Shown one piece after another: positions 1-9,865 of a stretch of 64,000 nucleotides of DNA. Where the stretch lies: NCBI GenBank assembly GCA_020848375.1, contig JADLAF010000022.1:10663-74662 (forward strand). The letters are read 5' to 3'. This stretch comes from Ignavibacteriaceae bacterium (GTDB taxonomy: Bacteria > Bacteroidota > Ignavibacteria > Ignavibacteriales > Ignavibacteriaceae). The position numbers and the translations under genes were made by a program. Every line of letters starts with the position of its first letter. Position 1 is the first letter of the stretch. Under the pieces are notes generated by a model. The model did no database searches and was not told the origin of the DNA. It saw nothing but the letters and a program-made list of their open reading frames with translations.

Positions 1-132
1 CCTAAATTACATCAATTCAAACTATTCGGAAAAATTTAGCATGTTATCAATATTTCAGAAAAAAAACTTGGCGAGTGAGAACAAAGCAAGTGAGATTTCC
101 AAACTGGGAATAAAAGAACGCACCGGATCAAA

Positions 133-166
133 GCAAAAAAGCCCAAAACCATAATGATTTTGGGCT
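133..166 (-). terminator. Rho-independent terminator downstream of tRNA-Leu(CAG)
   Basis: On the minus strand, a 9-bp stem AGCCCAAAA/TTTTGGGCT (140-148 pairs with 158-166) with a 9-nt loop is followed by a T6 run (plus-strand A-run about 134-139). Confidence 0.6.
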
Positions 167-194
167 TTAATTCATAATCGTGGGCAAACTCTTG

Positions 195-278
195 TGCCCG
201 AAGGGGGACTCGAACCCCCATGCCGAAACCGGCACTAGCACCTGAAACTAGCGTGTCTACCAATTCCACCATCCGGGC
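195..278 (-). tRNA. tRNA-Leu (anticodon CAG), class II with long variable arm
   Basis: The reverse complement reads GCCCGGATGGTGGAATTGGTAGACACGCTAGTTTCAGGTGCTAGTGCCGGTTTCGGCATGGGGGTTCGAGTCCCCCTTCGGGCA. The acceptor stem is GCCCGGA/TCCGGGC-type. The anticodon stem is CTAGT/GCTAG with loop TTCAGGT (anticodon CAG). It has a GGTTCGAGTCC T-arm and a long variable arm. CCA is not encoded. Confidence 0.9.
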
Positions 279-291
279 AAATTTTAGCCTA

Positions 292-323
292 CAAATTTAA
301 CGATTATTTCAACAATTACCAAC
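292..323 (-). promoter_or_regulatory. Bacteroidetes-type promoter candidate for tRNA-Leu(CAG)
   Basis: The minus strand reads GTTG-N20-TAAATTTG, with the -7 box at 292-299 as plus-strand CAAATTTA. It ends 13 nt before the tRNA 5' end. This matches the TTTG-N19-21-TAnnTTTG consensus described for Bacteroides sigma-A. Confidence 0.4.
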
Positions 324-2559
324 CGGAACCACCCGAAGTATTTTTGTTTTCTGTCTCGGATTGAACTCCAGTTCTTCTAGGCGGACCTGGATGATAAACA
401 CACTGACCGGGTGTATTTTCATCATCAATAATGTCCGAAACTACTTCAGGACAAGTTTCATTTGCCAGTAAAGGGGTCCCCTGGCTGACAGAATACTTAC
501 AGAATTCAGCATAACTTACACCAGTCGGCACATCGAAATACTCTAAAGGCAGGTTCAAGGTCTTATAGGTATCTGCCATAAACTTTGCCCAGATTGGCAT
601 TGCCGCTTTTGCTCCCTGACCATACCAACCGCTAAATTTAACGCGGTGGTCATCAAACCCAACCCATACAACTCCCAGAAGCTGAGGTGTAAATCCGCCA
701 AACCAGGCATCAGAGTAGTCCTGAGTTGTCCCCGTCTTGCCTGCGGCCGGTCTGTGAAAATGTCTTCTCGCGCCTGCACCAGTACCCCAGTTCACAACAT
801 CCTGCATCATATCAACTACTATGGCAGCAGTTCTGGGCGAAAGTGCATTTTTCTTCTGGAGTTTGGGTTCATAAATAACAATTCCGTTTCTGTCTTCAAC
901 TCTGAGAATAGAAAATGGCCTCATATAAATTCCACCGTTGGCGAGAGTACCATAAGCACCCGCAAGCTCAAGTGGGGTGATTTCAGAGGTTCCCAGTGCA
1001 ATTGACGGAAAAGGTCTCAGGTCAGAAGTAATACCCATATCTTTAGCCAGTTTCACAACCTGTTTTGGAGGTGCATAATCAGACGTTGTGAGTCTGCCGG
1101 CAATAACGTTTACTGAACGGGCTAAAGCTTCTCTGAGAGTAAGGGAATCACCATATTTACCATCACTGTTCCTTGGGGACCACCCTTCATATTCGAAAGG
1201 AATGTTCTCAAACAATTGTTCAGGTGAGCATCCGTTATCAACCGCAACTGCATAAACAATCGGTTTAAATGAAGAACCCGGCTGTCTTCTAATCTGCGTT
1301 ACGTGATTCAGACCGTAAAGAAATTCCTGATTTTCACCTCCTACCATTGCTCTTATTTCTCCTGATGAGGGTTCTGTAACTACAAAACCAGTCTGCACGG
1401 TAGCTTCCGCTCTTTTAACCGAATCAACAAATTCGGGATCATTTTTCAGGAGGGTCATAATTCTGTGTTTGTCCTCGTCAGTTTCTGAAGAGCGGTACAA
1501 CGTGCTGTTCCTTATTGCGCGCTCAATAAGAGAATTTAATAACGCCTTGTTTTTTTCCCATTTCCAATTCTTATTAAAAAGATCCTGATACTCTGCCAGA
1601 TGCTCTCTTGAAACTTTATTCGCGATTAGCTGCATCTGATAATCAAGAGTAGTATAAATTGTCAGACCATCCCGGTATAAATCCGCAGAAATTCTTTTAT
1701 CTGCTATTAACTGCTGCATTTCCTGACGGATATATTCAAGAAAATGAGGCGCAACTGTTTTAATATTCACTTTCTGACCGCGAGCAAGGACAATCGGTTC
1801 TTCTTTAAGTTTCTGGTATTGAGAGTCTGAAAGCACCTCCTGCTGCACCATATTATACATCACAATGTTACGCCTCTGCTTTGCACGCTCTGGTCTCCGT
1901 TCCGGATCGTAAAAAACTGATGACTTCAGGATTGCAACAAGCATGGCAGATTCAGTTATGGTCAGTTCGCTTGCGTTTTTATTAAAATAAATCTGCGCTG
2001 CGGTTTCAATACCATAAGCACCTTTTCCGAAGTAGGATATATTCAGATACAGTTCAAGTATTTCCTTTTTTGTAAAAGTACGCTCAATCTGAATTGCAGT
2101 GAACCACTCTCTTAGTTTCCTAACACCGGTATCAAATAAGTTTTCCCGGGCTCCTTTTAATTGATAAAGATTTTTTGCAAGCTGTTGTGTCAAGGTACTT
2201 GCCCCCTCACGGGAAAATGTAAAGACATTTTTTATCATTGCCTTTACGAACCTGTCAAGATCAACCCCCCAGTGATCGTAAAATTTCCGGTCTTCAGTTG
2301 CTATTAAGGCACTGATAAGATATTTAGGCAGACTGTCAATATCAGTTTCGATTCTGTTTTCAATATAAAACTGACCTACAGGTTCACCATCAACGGAGTA
2401 GACTTTTGTGGCAAAGTGCGGATCAGGGTTCTCAAGTTCTTCAAGTCCCGGCAGCCCGCTGATGACATACCAGAGGAAGAGTATGAAGATTACTGCGGCA
2501 CCGGAAATAATATATATTTTGTTCCGGCCTGATTTTTTTTTCTTAAGAGGTTTATACAT
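316..2559 (-). CDS. mrcA: Bifunctional class A penicillin-binding protein (PBP1A family: glycosyltransferase + transpeptidase)
   Basis: 747 aa with an N-terminal TM anchor. GT51 motifs are ATEDRKFYDHWGVD and RKLREW. Transpeptidase motifs are SSFKP (SxxK), SPRN (SxN) and KTGTT (KTG). Confidence 0.9.
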   Translation of the reverse strand: MYKPLKKKKSGRNKIYIISGAAVIFILFLWYVISGLPGLEELENPDPHFATKVYSVDGEPVGQFYIENRIETDIDSLPKYLISALIATEDRKFYDHWGVDLDRFVKAMIKNVFTFSREGASTLTQQLAKNLYQLKGARENLFDTGVRKLREWFTAIQIERTFTKKEILELYLNISYFGKGAYGIETAAQIYFNKNASELTITESAMLVAILKSSVFYDPERRPERAKQRRNIVMYNMVQQEVLSDSQYQKLKEEPIVLARGQKVNIKTVAPHFLEYIRQEMQQLIADKRISADLYRDGLTIYTTLDYQMQLIANKVSREHLAEYQDLFNKNWKWEKNKALLNSLIERAIRNSTLYRSSETDEDKHRIMTLLKNDPEFVDSVKRAEATVQTGFVVTEPSSGEIRAMVGGENQEFLYGLNHVTQIRRQPGSSFKPIVYAVAVDNGCSPEQLFENIPFEYEGWSPRNSDGKYGDSLTLREALARSVNVIAGRLTTSDYAPPKQVVKLAKDMGITSDLRPFPSIALGTSEITPLELAGAYGTLANGGIYMRPFSILRVEDRNGIVIYEPKLQKKNALSPRTAAIVVDMMQDVVNWGTGAGARRHFHRPAAGKTGTTQDYSDAWFGGFTPQLLGVVWVGFDDHRVKFSGWYGQGAKAAMPIWAKFMADTYKTLNLPLEYFDVPTGVSYAEFCKYSVSQGTPLLANETCPEVVSDIIDDENTPGQCVYHPGPPRRTGVQSETENKNTSGGSGW

Positions 2560-2580
2560 ATTTAAAACAGGATTGTTAAC

Positions 2581-3312
2581 TCAGAGATCGTTAATCGTAA
2601 ATGTTTTGTTTTCAAACTTTCCATAACAGGGTTTTTCAAGCCAGGTGCCCAGATTGATATAGATACCGTCTGATACTTTCTCCTGCACTCTGCGATGAGT
2701 ATGTCCAAATATTACAAAATCATAACCCTTTTTTATGATTTCTGCTGCTTTGTCTTTGAGTCCGTCAGTTTCCATATTTCCCCTGGAAGAAGTGTGCTGA
2801 CGGCTGGTTTTGCTTGAATGTCCTGCGAGTCCGATTCCGATATCCGGATGAATCAGAGAATAAAGCCACTGAATTTTTTTATTGCGCAAAACCTTTTTTA
2901 ACAATTTATAACCATAGTCCCCCTTCAGAAGTCCGTCACCATGTGCCATAAAAAACTTCTTGCCGTTCAGTTCAGCAATAAATTCATTTTCCATCATTCC
3001 AGCTCCGATTTCAGACGAAAAAAAATCACGGTGCATAAAATCATGATTGCCGATCAGATAAATTATTTCAGTGCCTCGCGCTCTTAAATTATATAAAGAG
3101 TTTAACAACCGGAAAAATCCTTTTTGATAGACGCGCCGGTATTCAAACCAATAATCGTATAAATCGCCGATGATGAAAAGTGCTTCTGCGTCAGATAAAC
3201 TGTCAAGAAAGCGTACAAGGAGAGATTCCTTCTCCTTTTCAGTTTCTGGATCAGATAACCCCAGATGAATATCTGAGATAAAGTAAAACGGACCTTGGTT
3301 ATACGATTTCAA
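2581..3312 (-). CDS. lpxH: UDP-2,3-diacylglucosamine diphosphatase (LpxH-like calcineurin-type metallophosphoesterase)
   Basis: 243 aa. Metallophosphoesterase motifs are SDIHLG, GDLYDYW, GNHD, HGD and GHTH, and the length is typical of LpxH. Confidence 0.65.
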   Translation of the reverse strand: MKSYNQGPFYFISDIHLGLSDPETEKEKESLLVRFLDSLSDAEALFIIGDLYDYWFEYRRVYQKGFFRLLNSLYNLRARGTEIIYLIGNHDFMHRDFFSSEIGAGMMENEFIAELNGKKFFMAHGDGLLKGDYGYKLLKKVLRNKKIQWLYSLIHPDIGIGLAGHSSKTSRQHTSSRGNMETDGLKDKAAEIIKKGYDFVIFGHTHRRVQEKVSDGIYINLGTWLEKPCYGKFENKTFTINDL

Positions 3313-3329
3313 TAAGTCAGAAAACCAAT

Positions 3330-5039
3330 CTAATTTTTAACTGGAACAACGAAACCAATAAAGTTTCCATTAACGTCCGGCGTCAGTTTGCCGGGAAGAA
3401 AGCTCGTTCTAAATTGTTTTGTCTCCGTCCATTCGGTCAAAGTAATTTTTTTAACAACTGATTCACTTTCACCGCTCAAAGTTAAATCAAATTTGACCTG
3501 ATATGGTTCTGAAAGATTCTTTTGCCCGAACATGACTGAAGTCAGATAAACAGAACCCTGTTTTTCAACAGTGTATTGATAACTGACCACAGGAATTTCA
3601 TTACCGTAATAGACGTATTGGTTAAAGAATTGCTTCAAATTTACGCCGGAAACGGTTTCACAAATATACTGAAAGTCCTGTGTTGCAGCGTTTGAATACT
3701 TATACTGATCGTAATACATACGAAGAGAACGGAAAAAGGAGCTGTCCCCAATTTCATATCTGAGTGCGTGAAGTACCCATGCACCCTTGTCATATACCGC
3801 CCTGCTAAATATGTTTTCATGATTGGGGTTATACATCTTATCCATGAATTCAACTCTCCTCAACCCGACCATATACTCAGAAATTGACCTTATTTGTTGT
3901 GTATAAACCAGATAAAGTCCTTCAAAATAGGTGGCAAAACCCTCATTTAGCCAGATATCGCGCCAGGTTTTGGGTCCAACAGAATTACCAAACCAATGGT
4001 GAGCAAGTTCGTGGAGATAGGTAGTCTCCATTCCGGCATTACTCCCGATCAGGGAATGACCAACTCCGGTGATAGTTTGATTTTCCATAGCGCCCCCCTG
4101 CCAGTTAAATCCTGCAACCCCATATTTTTCCCGCTTGAATGGATACTCCCCCATTATTTGATACATAAACTCAAACATTTCAAGGTGACGGCTAAAATCA
4201 TCCTGTGCGGCTTTTCTTTTGGAAGGGACAACATAATATTCGATTGGAATTGAATCACCAGAAGCGGAGATGTATCTGTCCTCAAATCGTTCATACTCAC
4301 CCGAGTATAATGCAATTAAATAGGAGGAAATGGGATAACCACTACGCCAATGATAGGTTTTTGTATTACCTTCGGTCGTAACAGAAATCAGTGTACCGTT
4401 TGATACGGAAGTAAATGATGAATCATTGGTAATTCTAATATCCATAGTCGCTTTATCATCCGGCCGGTCATTACAAATGAACCAGGAAGGGTTAAGATTG
4501 GGCTCACCGAGCGTACTGATAACCTTTGCACCATTAAAGCCCTGCCAGGTAAATGAACCATCACCTGTGTTTAATGGCTTACCTGCGTAGCTGATGTAGA
4601 ATGTCAGGGTGTCACCTTCAAAAGCACTTTGATTTACCGATAGTATCGATCCTGATTTTCTGTACTCTTTAGATATACCGTTAACTGTCAGCTCTTCAAT
4701 TTTAAGTTTTCCGGAAAAATTAAGATCAAGAGTTTTAATTGGTTGTGTAACAAGAATCAAAATCCGACTCGATGCTTCAATTCTTTTTGTTGGATAATCC
4801 AATGTAATCGCGAAATCGTAATGCAGTACGTCAATTTTGTACTGATTTGGCGTATTATAGAAGTCCTGCCAGTTCTGAAAATGTGAATGACCGGAAGAAT
4901 CCGGATTTACCTTACGGTTCAGTGCAGACTGATAACCAATTCCGGGCACCTCCAGAAAAAGGGAAAAAAACAGTCCACTGAGGGACAAAAAGAGAAATAC
5001 TTTCGGCATAATTCCTAACTGCCCCGCCGGATTTTCCAT
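3330..5039 (-). CDS. Secreted M1-family (gluzincin) aminopeptidase
   Basis: 569 aa with a signal-like N-terminus; the start may be the internal Met at 5009. It has GAMEN (GGAMEN) and HELAHHWFGN-x-WLNEGFATY (HExxH-X18-E). Confidence 0.85.
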   Translation of the reverse strand: MENPAGQLGIMPKVFLFLSLSGLFFSLFLEVPGIGYQSALNRKVNPDSSGHSHFQNWQDFYNTPNQYKIDVLHYDFAITLDYPTKRIEASSRILILVTQPIKTLDLNFSGKLKIEELTVNGISKEYRKSGSILSVNQSAFEGDTLTFYISYAGKPLNTGDGSFTWQGFNGAKVISTLGEPNLNPSWFICNDRPDDKATMDIRITNDSSFTSVSNGTLISVTTEGNTKTYHWRSGYPISSYLIALYSGEYERFEDRYISASGDSIPIEYYVVPSKRKAAQDDFSRHLEMFEFMYQIMGEYPFKREKYGVAGFNWQGGAMENQTITGVGHSLIGSNAGMETTYLHELAHHWFGNSVGPKTWRDIWLNEGFATYFEGLYLVYTQQIRSISEYMVGLRRVEFMDKMYNPNHENIFSRAVYDKGAWVLHALRYEIGDSSFFRSLRMYYDQYKYSNAATQDFQYICETVSGVNLKQFFNQYVYYGNEIPVVSYQYTVEKQGSVYLTSVMFGQKNLSEPYQVKFDLTLSGESESVVKKITLTEWTETKQFRTSFLPGKLTPDVNGNFIGFVVPVKN

Positions 5040-5043
5040 TTTA

Positions 5044-7071
5044 TCAATAAGCTAATAATTCCTTCAGATCTTTTTCCAGTCGGCAGGAAGGAAGGAAGTT
5101 ATTTTCTAACTTCACGGAGAATGGAACGGGAGTATCCAGGGAGGCGGTGCGGTAAACGGGAGCATCCAGATACTCAAAACATTCGCGGGAAATTCTGGCT
5201 GAAATTTCTGCTCCAATGCCTCCTGTAAGCGTGTCTTCGTGCAAGATAAGTACTTTACCGGTCTTCTTTACACTTTTTAAAACAGTCTCATAATCGAGCG
5301 GGACAAGAGTACGTAAGTCAATAATTTCTAATGAGTTAGCCGGGAATTTCTCAAGCATATTCCTGGCCCAAACCGTCCCATAACCATAGGTGATGAGAGT
5401 TATATCATTACCCTCTGAAAGCTTGGCAGCTTTGCCAAATTCCAATGAATAAAACTGTTCAGGAACAATGCCTGAAAGTGAGCGGTAAAGTGCTTTGTGC
5501 TCAAAAAAGAGGACGGGAGCAGGGTCTTCAATTGCTCTGGCGAGAAGCCCCTTTGCATCATATGGGTTTGAAGGATAAGCAATTTTAAGACCGGGCGTAT
5601 GAAAGAACCATGCTTCATTTGTCTGTGAATGAAATGGTCCGGCTCCTACTCCGCCGCCGCACGGAAGGCGGACGACCACATTAGCGGGAGCTTCCCAACG
5701 GTAATTAATTTTAGCGAGGTTGTTTACTATTTGGTTAAAACCGCAGGAGACAAAATCAGCAAACTGCATTTCAACTACTGCCTTCCCGCCCTGCATAGCA
5801 TATCCCAGTGCAGTCCCTATTATCGCTGATTCACAGAGCGGTGTATTTCTTATCCGGTCTTTTCCGAATTCATTAATGAAACCATCAGTTATTTTGAATA
5901 CTCCTCCATACTCACCCACATCCTGCCCCATTACTATTAATTCAGGATTCTGCTCTAAAGACTGTTTTAATCCCTCAGAAACAGAATCAATGAACCGTAG
6001 TTCTCTTTTACTTTGCGCAGACGGATGAACAGCCAATTTGTCAAATTTAGGGTACATATCCCCTAATTCAAAAATTGTATCAGCGGTTACCTCAGATTCT
6101 TTTTCACTCCTTTCCCAGTCCTCATTAATTTGGTGTTTTATCCGTTCACGTATTGATTCAGTCTGTTCCGTTGTGAGTACACCACTTTCAATCAGAAAGT
6201 ACTCATAGTTCAAAACCGGGTCTTTTTTACCCCAGATTTCAAATAATTCTTTCGGGACGTATTTGGTACCCGATGCTTCCTCATGTCCTCTCATTCTGAA
6301 GGTGAGTGCTTCAACCAGGAACGGACGTGGTTTTTCTTGCTGCTTTTTGAAGAGTGTCTGAATAGTTGTAAATACCTCAAGAACGTTATTCCCGTCAATT
6401 CTGAAAGACTCAATTCCGTAACCGGCACCCTTATCGGCAATTGTTTCACAGCGATACTGCTGAGAGGTTGGGGTTGAAAGGCCATAACCGTTATTTTCAA
6501 CAATAAAAATTACCGGCAGATCCCACACGGCAGCCACGTTTAGCGCCTCGTGAAAATCACCCTGACTGGTTCCGCCGTCACCTGAAAAAGCAACCGAACA
6601 CTTTCCTGTACCCTTTAATTTTTCCCAAAGAGCTGCCCCGTCAGCCAAAGCTAATTGAGGACCAAGGTGAGAAATCATCCCGCAGATATGATGCTCAAGA
6701 CTTCCAAAGTGGAATGATCTGTCCCTCCCTTTTGTAAATCCGTTAAACTTACCTTGGAATTGTGAAAATAGTTTTGAAAGAGGAATTCCTCTGCCCGTAA
6801 AAATACCCAGGTTTCTGATCAGCGGCATTATCATTACATCCTGCGGAAGGGCTGAAACCGTGCCTACCGAAATTGCTTCCTGTCCAATGCCTGAAAACCA
6901 TTTGCTAATTTTACCCTGCCTGAGCAGGTTAAGCATTTTTTCCTCGATCAGACGTGGAGTCAATAACTTATAATATATATCAGTAAGAAATTGGTTAGCA
7001 AGCCCGTCTCTGTTAAACGAGATTGCTGATTTTTTTTCTGCGTGTTTTATTGCAATATCTGTATCGGTCAT
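5044..7071 (-). CDS. 2-oxoacid dehydrogenase E1 component, fused alpha/beta subunits (TPP-dependent)
   Basis: 675 aa. The N-terminal half has the TPP-binding motif GDGGTSQGDFHEALNVAAVWDLPVIFIVENN. The C-terminal half is E1-beta/transketolase-pyrimidine-like (RNTPLCESAIIG, FADF). No E2 or E3 gene is adjacent. Confidence 0.8.
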   Translation of the reverse strand: MTDTDIAIKHAEKKSAISFNRDGLANQFLTDIYYKLLTPRLIEEKMLNLLRQGKISKWFSGIGQEAISVGTVSALPQDVMIMPLIRNLGIFTGRGIPLSKLFSQFQGKFNGFTKGRDRSFHFGSLEHHICGMISHLGPQLALADGAALWEKLKGTGKCSVAFSGDGGTSQGDFHEALNVAAVWDLPVIFIVENNGYGLSTPTSQQYRCETIADKGAGYGIESFRIDGNNVLEVFTTIQTLFKKQQEKPRPFLVEALTFRMRGHEEASGTKYVPKELFEIWGKKDPVLNYEYFLIESGVLTTEQTESIRERIKHQINEDWERSEKESEVTADTIFELGDMYPKFDKLAVHPSAQSKRELRFIDSVSEGLKQSLEQNPELIVMGQDVGEYGGVFKITDGFINEFGKDRIRNTPLCESAIIGTALGYAMQGGKAVVEMQFADFVSCGFNQIVNNLAKINYRWEAPANVVVRLPCGGGVGAGPFHSQTNEAWFFHTPGLKIAYPSNPYDAKGLLARAIEDPAPVLFFEHKALYRSLSGIVPEQFYSLEFGKAAKLSEGNDITLITYGYGTVWARNMLEKFPANSLEIIDLRTLVPLDYETVLKSVKKTGKVLILHEDTLTGGIGAEISARISRECFEYLDAPVYRTASLDTPVPFSVKLENNFLPSCRLEKDLKELLAY

Positions 7072-7084
7072 AAATATATTACTG

Positions 7085-8455
7085 TTATTTTATATAAACT
7101 GTTTTGATGTTGGTAAATTCTCTGATGCCGAAAGGGGCCAATTCTCTTCCGTAACCGGATTCATTGATTCCGCCAAAAGGAAGCCGGGGGTCAGAGCGGA
7201 CGAAATCATTAACAAATACTGAACCTGCCTCTATATAATACTTTGCTGCATGCTCACCATACATATTGTCAGAAGTGAATACTGCTCCACCAAGCCCAAA
7301 TACTGAATCATTAGCCAGACGAAACGCATCAGCATTGTCTATTGCTTCAATTATAACTCCGACTGGACCAAATGTTTCTTCTCTGAAAAGAGGCATCTGA
7401 CAGGTTACATTGGTATAAATACGCGGAGCGAAATAATATCCCTCACTGTAATTCAACTTTTCTTTATAAACACAAGTAGCACCAAACTTTTCTGAGGAGT
7501 CACATATCTGCTGAATTTCATCAACAAATTCTTTTTTTGCAAGCGGACCTACAGAAAATTGCTCATCCATGGGACTGCCTGTTTTATATTTACTGAACTC
7601 AGCAATAAGCAGTTCAGTAAACTCTTTGACCACTTCTTTAACCACAATGAAACGTTTAGCGGCGATGCAGCTCTGTCCGCCGTTTATAAGCCGCCCTTTC
7701 GCACAGGATGATACAGCAGATAAGATATCAGCATCTTTCAGAACAACATAGGGATCGCTCCCCCCTAACTCAAGTACACTTTTCTTTAGATATTTACCGG
7801 CAAGTGATGCTACATTCTTACCCGCACTGGTACTGCCTGTGATGCTTACCGTCTTAACAGCAGGATGTCCGATAATATCCTCCATCGCCGAAGCCGGATA
7901 GATAATACTTCTGAAAACGTTTTTGGGAAATCCGGCATCCTCAAAAAGCCGTTCAATAACCAATGAGCAACCACAGACGTTTGAGGCGTGTTTCAGAAGT
8001 GCAGTGTTACCAGCCATTATTGAAGGAACCGCAAACCTGAATACCTGCCAAAAAGGAAAATTCCAGGGCATTATTCCAAGGGTTACACCAAGAGGCCTGA
8101 ATGACACAACGCTTTTTGAGGCGTCCGTCTGGATTTCAATATCTTTAAGTACTTCAGCCCCATTCTCTGCATAGTAGTCACAGACCCATACACATTTTTC
8201 GATTTCTGCCCTCGACTGGGCTAACGGCTTTCCCATTTCTGCGGTAATAAGCTCAGCCAATGGTGCGATTTCCGTGCGTAGCTCTTTGGCAAGGTTCTTT
8301 AAGAACCCCGACCGTTCGGAATATGAAGTTTGGCTGAAATCCTTTTGCTGCAAGTATAAATACTCAATAATTTGAAGGGCTTCAGCATGGGTATGAATAG
8401 AATAATCGTGGAGATTTCTCTCTGTAGCAGGATTTATTGTTGTAATAGTTTTCAT
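7085..8455 (-). CDS. NAD(P)-dependent aldehyde dehydrogenase, succinate-semialdehyde dehydrogenase-like
   Basis: 456 aa. ALDH signatures are the ELGGSDP glutamate site and the GQSCIAAKR catalytic cysteine. The size and N-terminus (INPAT) are typical of short SSADH-like ALDHs. Confidence 0.75.
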   Translation of the reverse strand: MKTITTINPATERNLHDYSIHTHAEALQIIEYLYLQQKDFSQTSYSERSGFLKNLAKELRTEIAPLAELITAEMGKPLAQSRAEIEKCVWVCDYYAENGAEVLKDIEIQTDASKSVVSFRPLGVTLGIMPWNFPFWQVFRFAVPSIMAGNTALLKHASNVCGCSLVIERLFEDAGFPKNVFRSIIYPASAMEDIIGHPAVKTVSITGSTSAGKNVASLAGKYLKKSVLELGGSDPYVVLKDADILSAVSSCAKGRLINGGQSCIAAKRFIVVKEVVKEFTELLIAEFSKYKTGSPMDEQFSVGPLAKKEFVDEIQQICDSSEKFGATCVYKEKLNYSEGYYFAPRIYTNVTCQMPLFREETFGPVGVIIEAIDNADAFRLANDSVFGLGGAVFTSDNMYGEHAAKYYIEAGSVFVNDFVRSDPRLPFGGINESGYGRELAPFGIREFTNIKTVYIK

Positions 8456-8534
8456 AAATGCTCCTTCGTAAAATTACGGGAAATAGCAGCGCTATCCAAA
8501 AGAAAGTGGTATGTAGCGAAAACTATCATTCGCC

Positions 8535-9779
8535 CTATTCCCTCTTTTTTATTACTACGAGAGTTTTATCGTCATTGTACTGTCCGTTTTTTGAAAACTT
8601 GATAACATCTTCGATGATTCTGAGTGTTATTTCCTTCGCACCGCCGTTTCTATATCTGATCAGGATTTTTTTAAGGCGATTTTCTTCGTAGAACTCCCCT
8701 TTCGCATCCTGAGATTCAACAACTCCGTCTGAGTATATCAGGAGAACATCTCCCGGATCAAAATTGACATTCTCAACCATGTAGGAGGCCTTAGGAGAAG
8801 GACCAAGTACCGGACCAGTTGGGTTGAGTAAAACTATTTCATTAGTACCCTTTTTAAGAAAAAATGGCGGATTATGACCAGCGTTTGCAAATAAGAAGAG
8901 TCCGTTTTTATCATTTGACAGCTCGCCATAAAATAGACTGGAAAATTTATCATCCGAGAAAATCTGATTCACCAGGGCATTCATCCTCTTCATCAGGGGA
9001 GCAATCTTTATTTCAAAAGTACTGGCCATCCTGAGCGCGCCGGAAATATACATTGCCTCTGCAGCAGCGCTCACACCTTTGCTGGCAGCGTCACCGAGAA
9101 TAACCCCGAGCCGGTCTTTTTCATCTTTAGATTCAAGGTAATCAAAAAAATCTCCGCCAACCATCTCTGCCGGTATTGTCAAACCGTATATATCATAATC
9201 ATGGAAAACATACTCATGCTGCGGCAGTATTGATTTCTGAAGCTGACGTGCTTTGTCAAGATCCTCCATAAGTGATTTTTCAGTCTTTGAGGAGCGGCGG
9301 TGACGTATTTTTGAGGTCAGCACGGAAGCCATGATATTGAGGAGATATTTAACTTCCTCATTAAGAATTTTCCTGTTGTATGCAACCAGATATTCGTAAT
9401 AGTATTTATTATTTATCTTAATCCGGTTGCCAACGCCTGATGCAGCAAATTTCAGAATTCCCTTACTCATCAGTTCATGATTAGTCTCGTGACCAAAAAT
9501 GGTTCTTTCATTAACAAAAAGGTCCATAACCGGGTACTCAGAAACATTTATCTGAAATGACTTTTTAATGAGTTCCATTTTACCAGTCTGATAAACAATC
9601 CTGTAGCATCCCTCATCAGGATAAAGTTTCCATAATCTGCCACCGATAATTTCCTGTATATTATCATGCACAAATTCATCAATCACTGAGGCAATCATCT
9701 TTTCTTCCGATTCAAATACCTTCGAAGTGATATTCTCAATAGTTTTATGAAGTTTTTTATAGATCATTTCCAACGCCAC
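8535..9779 (-). CDS. PP2C-type SpoIIE/RsbU-family phosphatase with N-terminal sensor-like domain
   Basis: 414 aa. The C-terminal about 200 aa carry SpoIIE-family motifs (GGDFFDY, GDAASKG, NAGHNPP, YSDGV, DDKTLVV). The N-terminal about 190 aa are GAF-like or unassigned. Confidence 0.75.
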   Translation of the reverse strand: MALEMIYKKLHKTIENITSKVFESEEKMIASVIDEFVHDNIQEIIGGRLWKLYPDEGCYRIVYQTGKMELIKKSFQINVSEYPVMDLFVNERTIFGHETNHELMSKGILKFAASGVGNRIKINNKYYYEYLVAYNRKILNEEVKYLLNIMASVLTSKIRHRRSSKTEKSLMEDLDKARQLQKSILPQHEYVFHDYDIYGLTIPAEMVGGDFFDYLESKDEKDRLGVILGDAASKGVSAAAEAMYISGALRMASTFEIKIAPLMKRMNALVNQIFSDDKFSSLFYGELSNDKNGLFLFANAGHNPPFFLKKGTNEIVLLNPTGPVLGPSPKASYMVENVNFDPGDVLLIYSDGVVESQDAKGEFYEENRLKKILIRYRNGGAKEITLRIIEDVIKFSKNGQYNDDKTLVVIKKRE

Positions 9780-9865
9780 AACCTTTCAGTGCAAAACGGT
9801 CAATTGAAAGAATCATGCTAAATTCCACATCGTACATCTGAACAGACCGGGCTGCCATTCCTGAA

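Noticed and set aside
36-272. 78-aa minus-strand ORF from the ORF track
   Set aside because: It runs straight through the tRNA-Leu(CAG) gene (195-278) and its terminator hairpin. It has low-complexity content and no RBS, so it is a spurious ORF.
5044-8455. Fused E1 alpha/beta dehydrogenase lacking E2/E3 next to an SSADH-like ALDH as a novel pathway
   Set aside because: To my knowledge stand-alone fused E1 genes are common in FCB-group genomes, and the pairing is only adjacency with a 13-nt gap. There is not enough evidence for a specific pathway claim.
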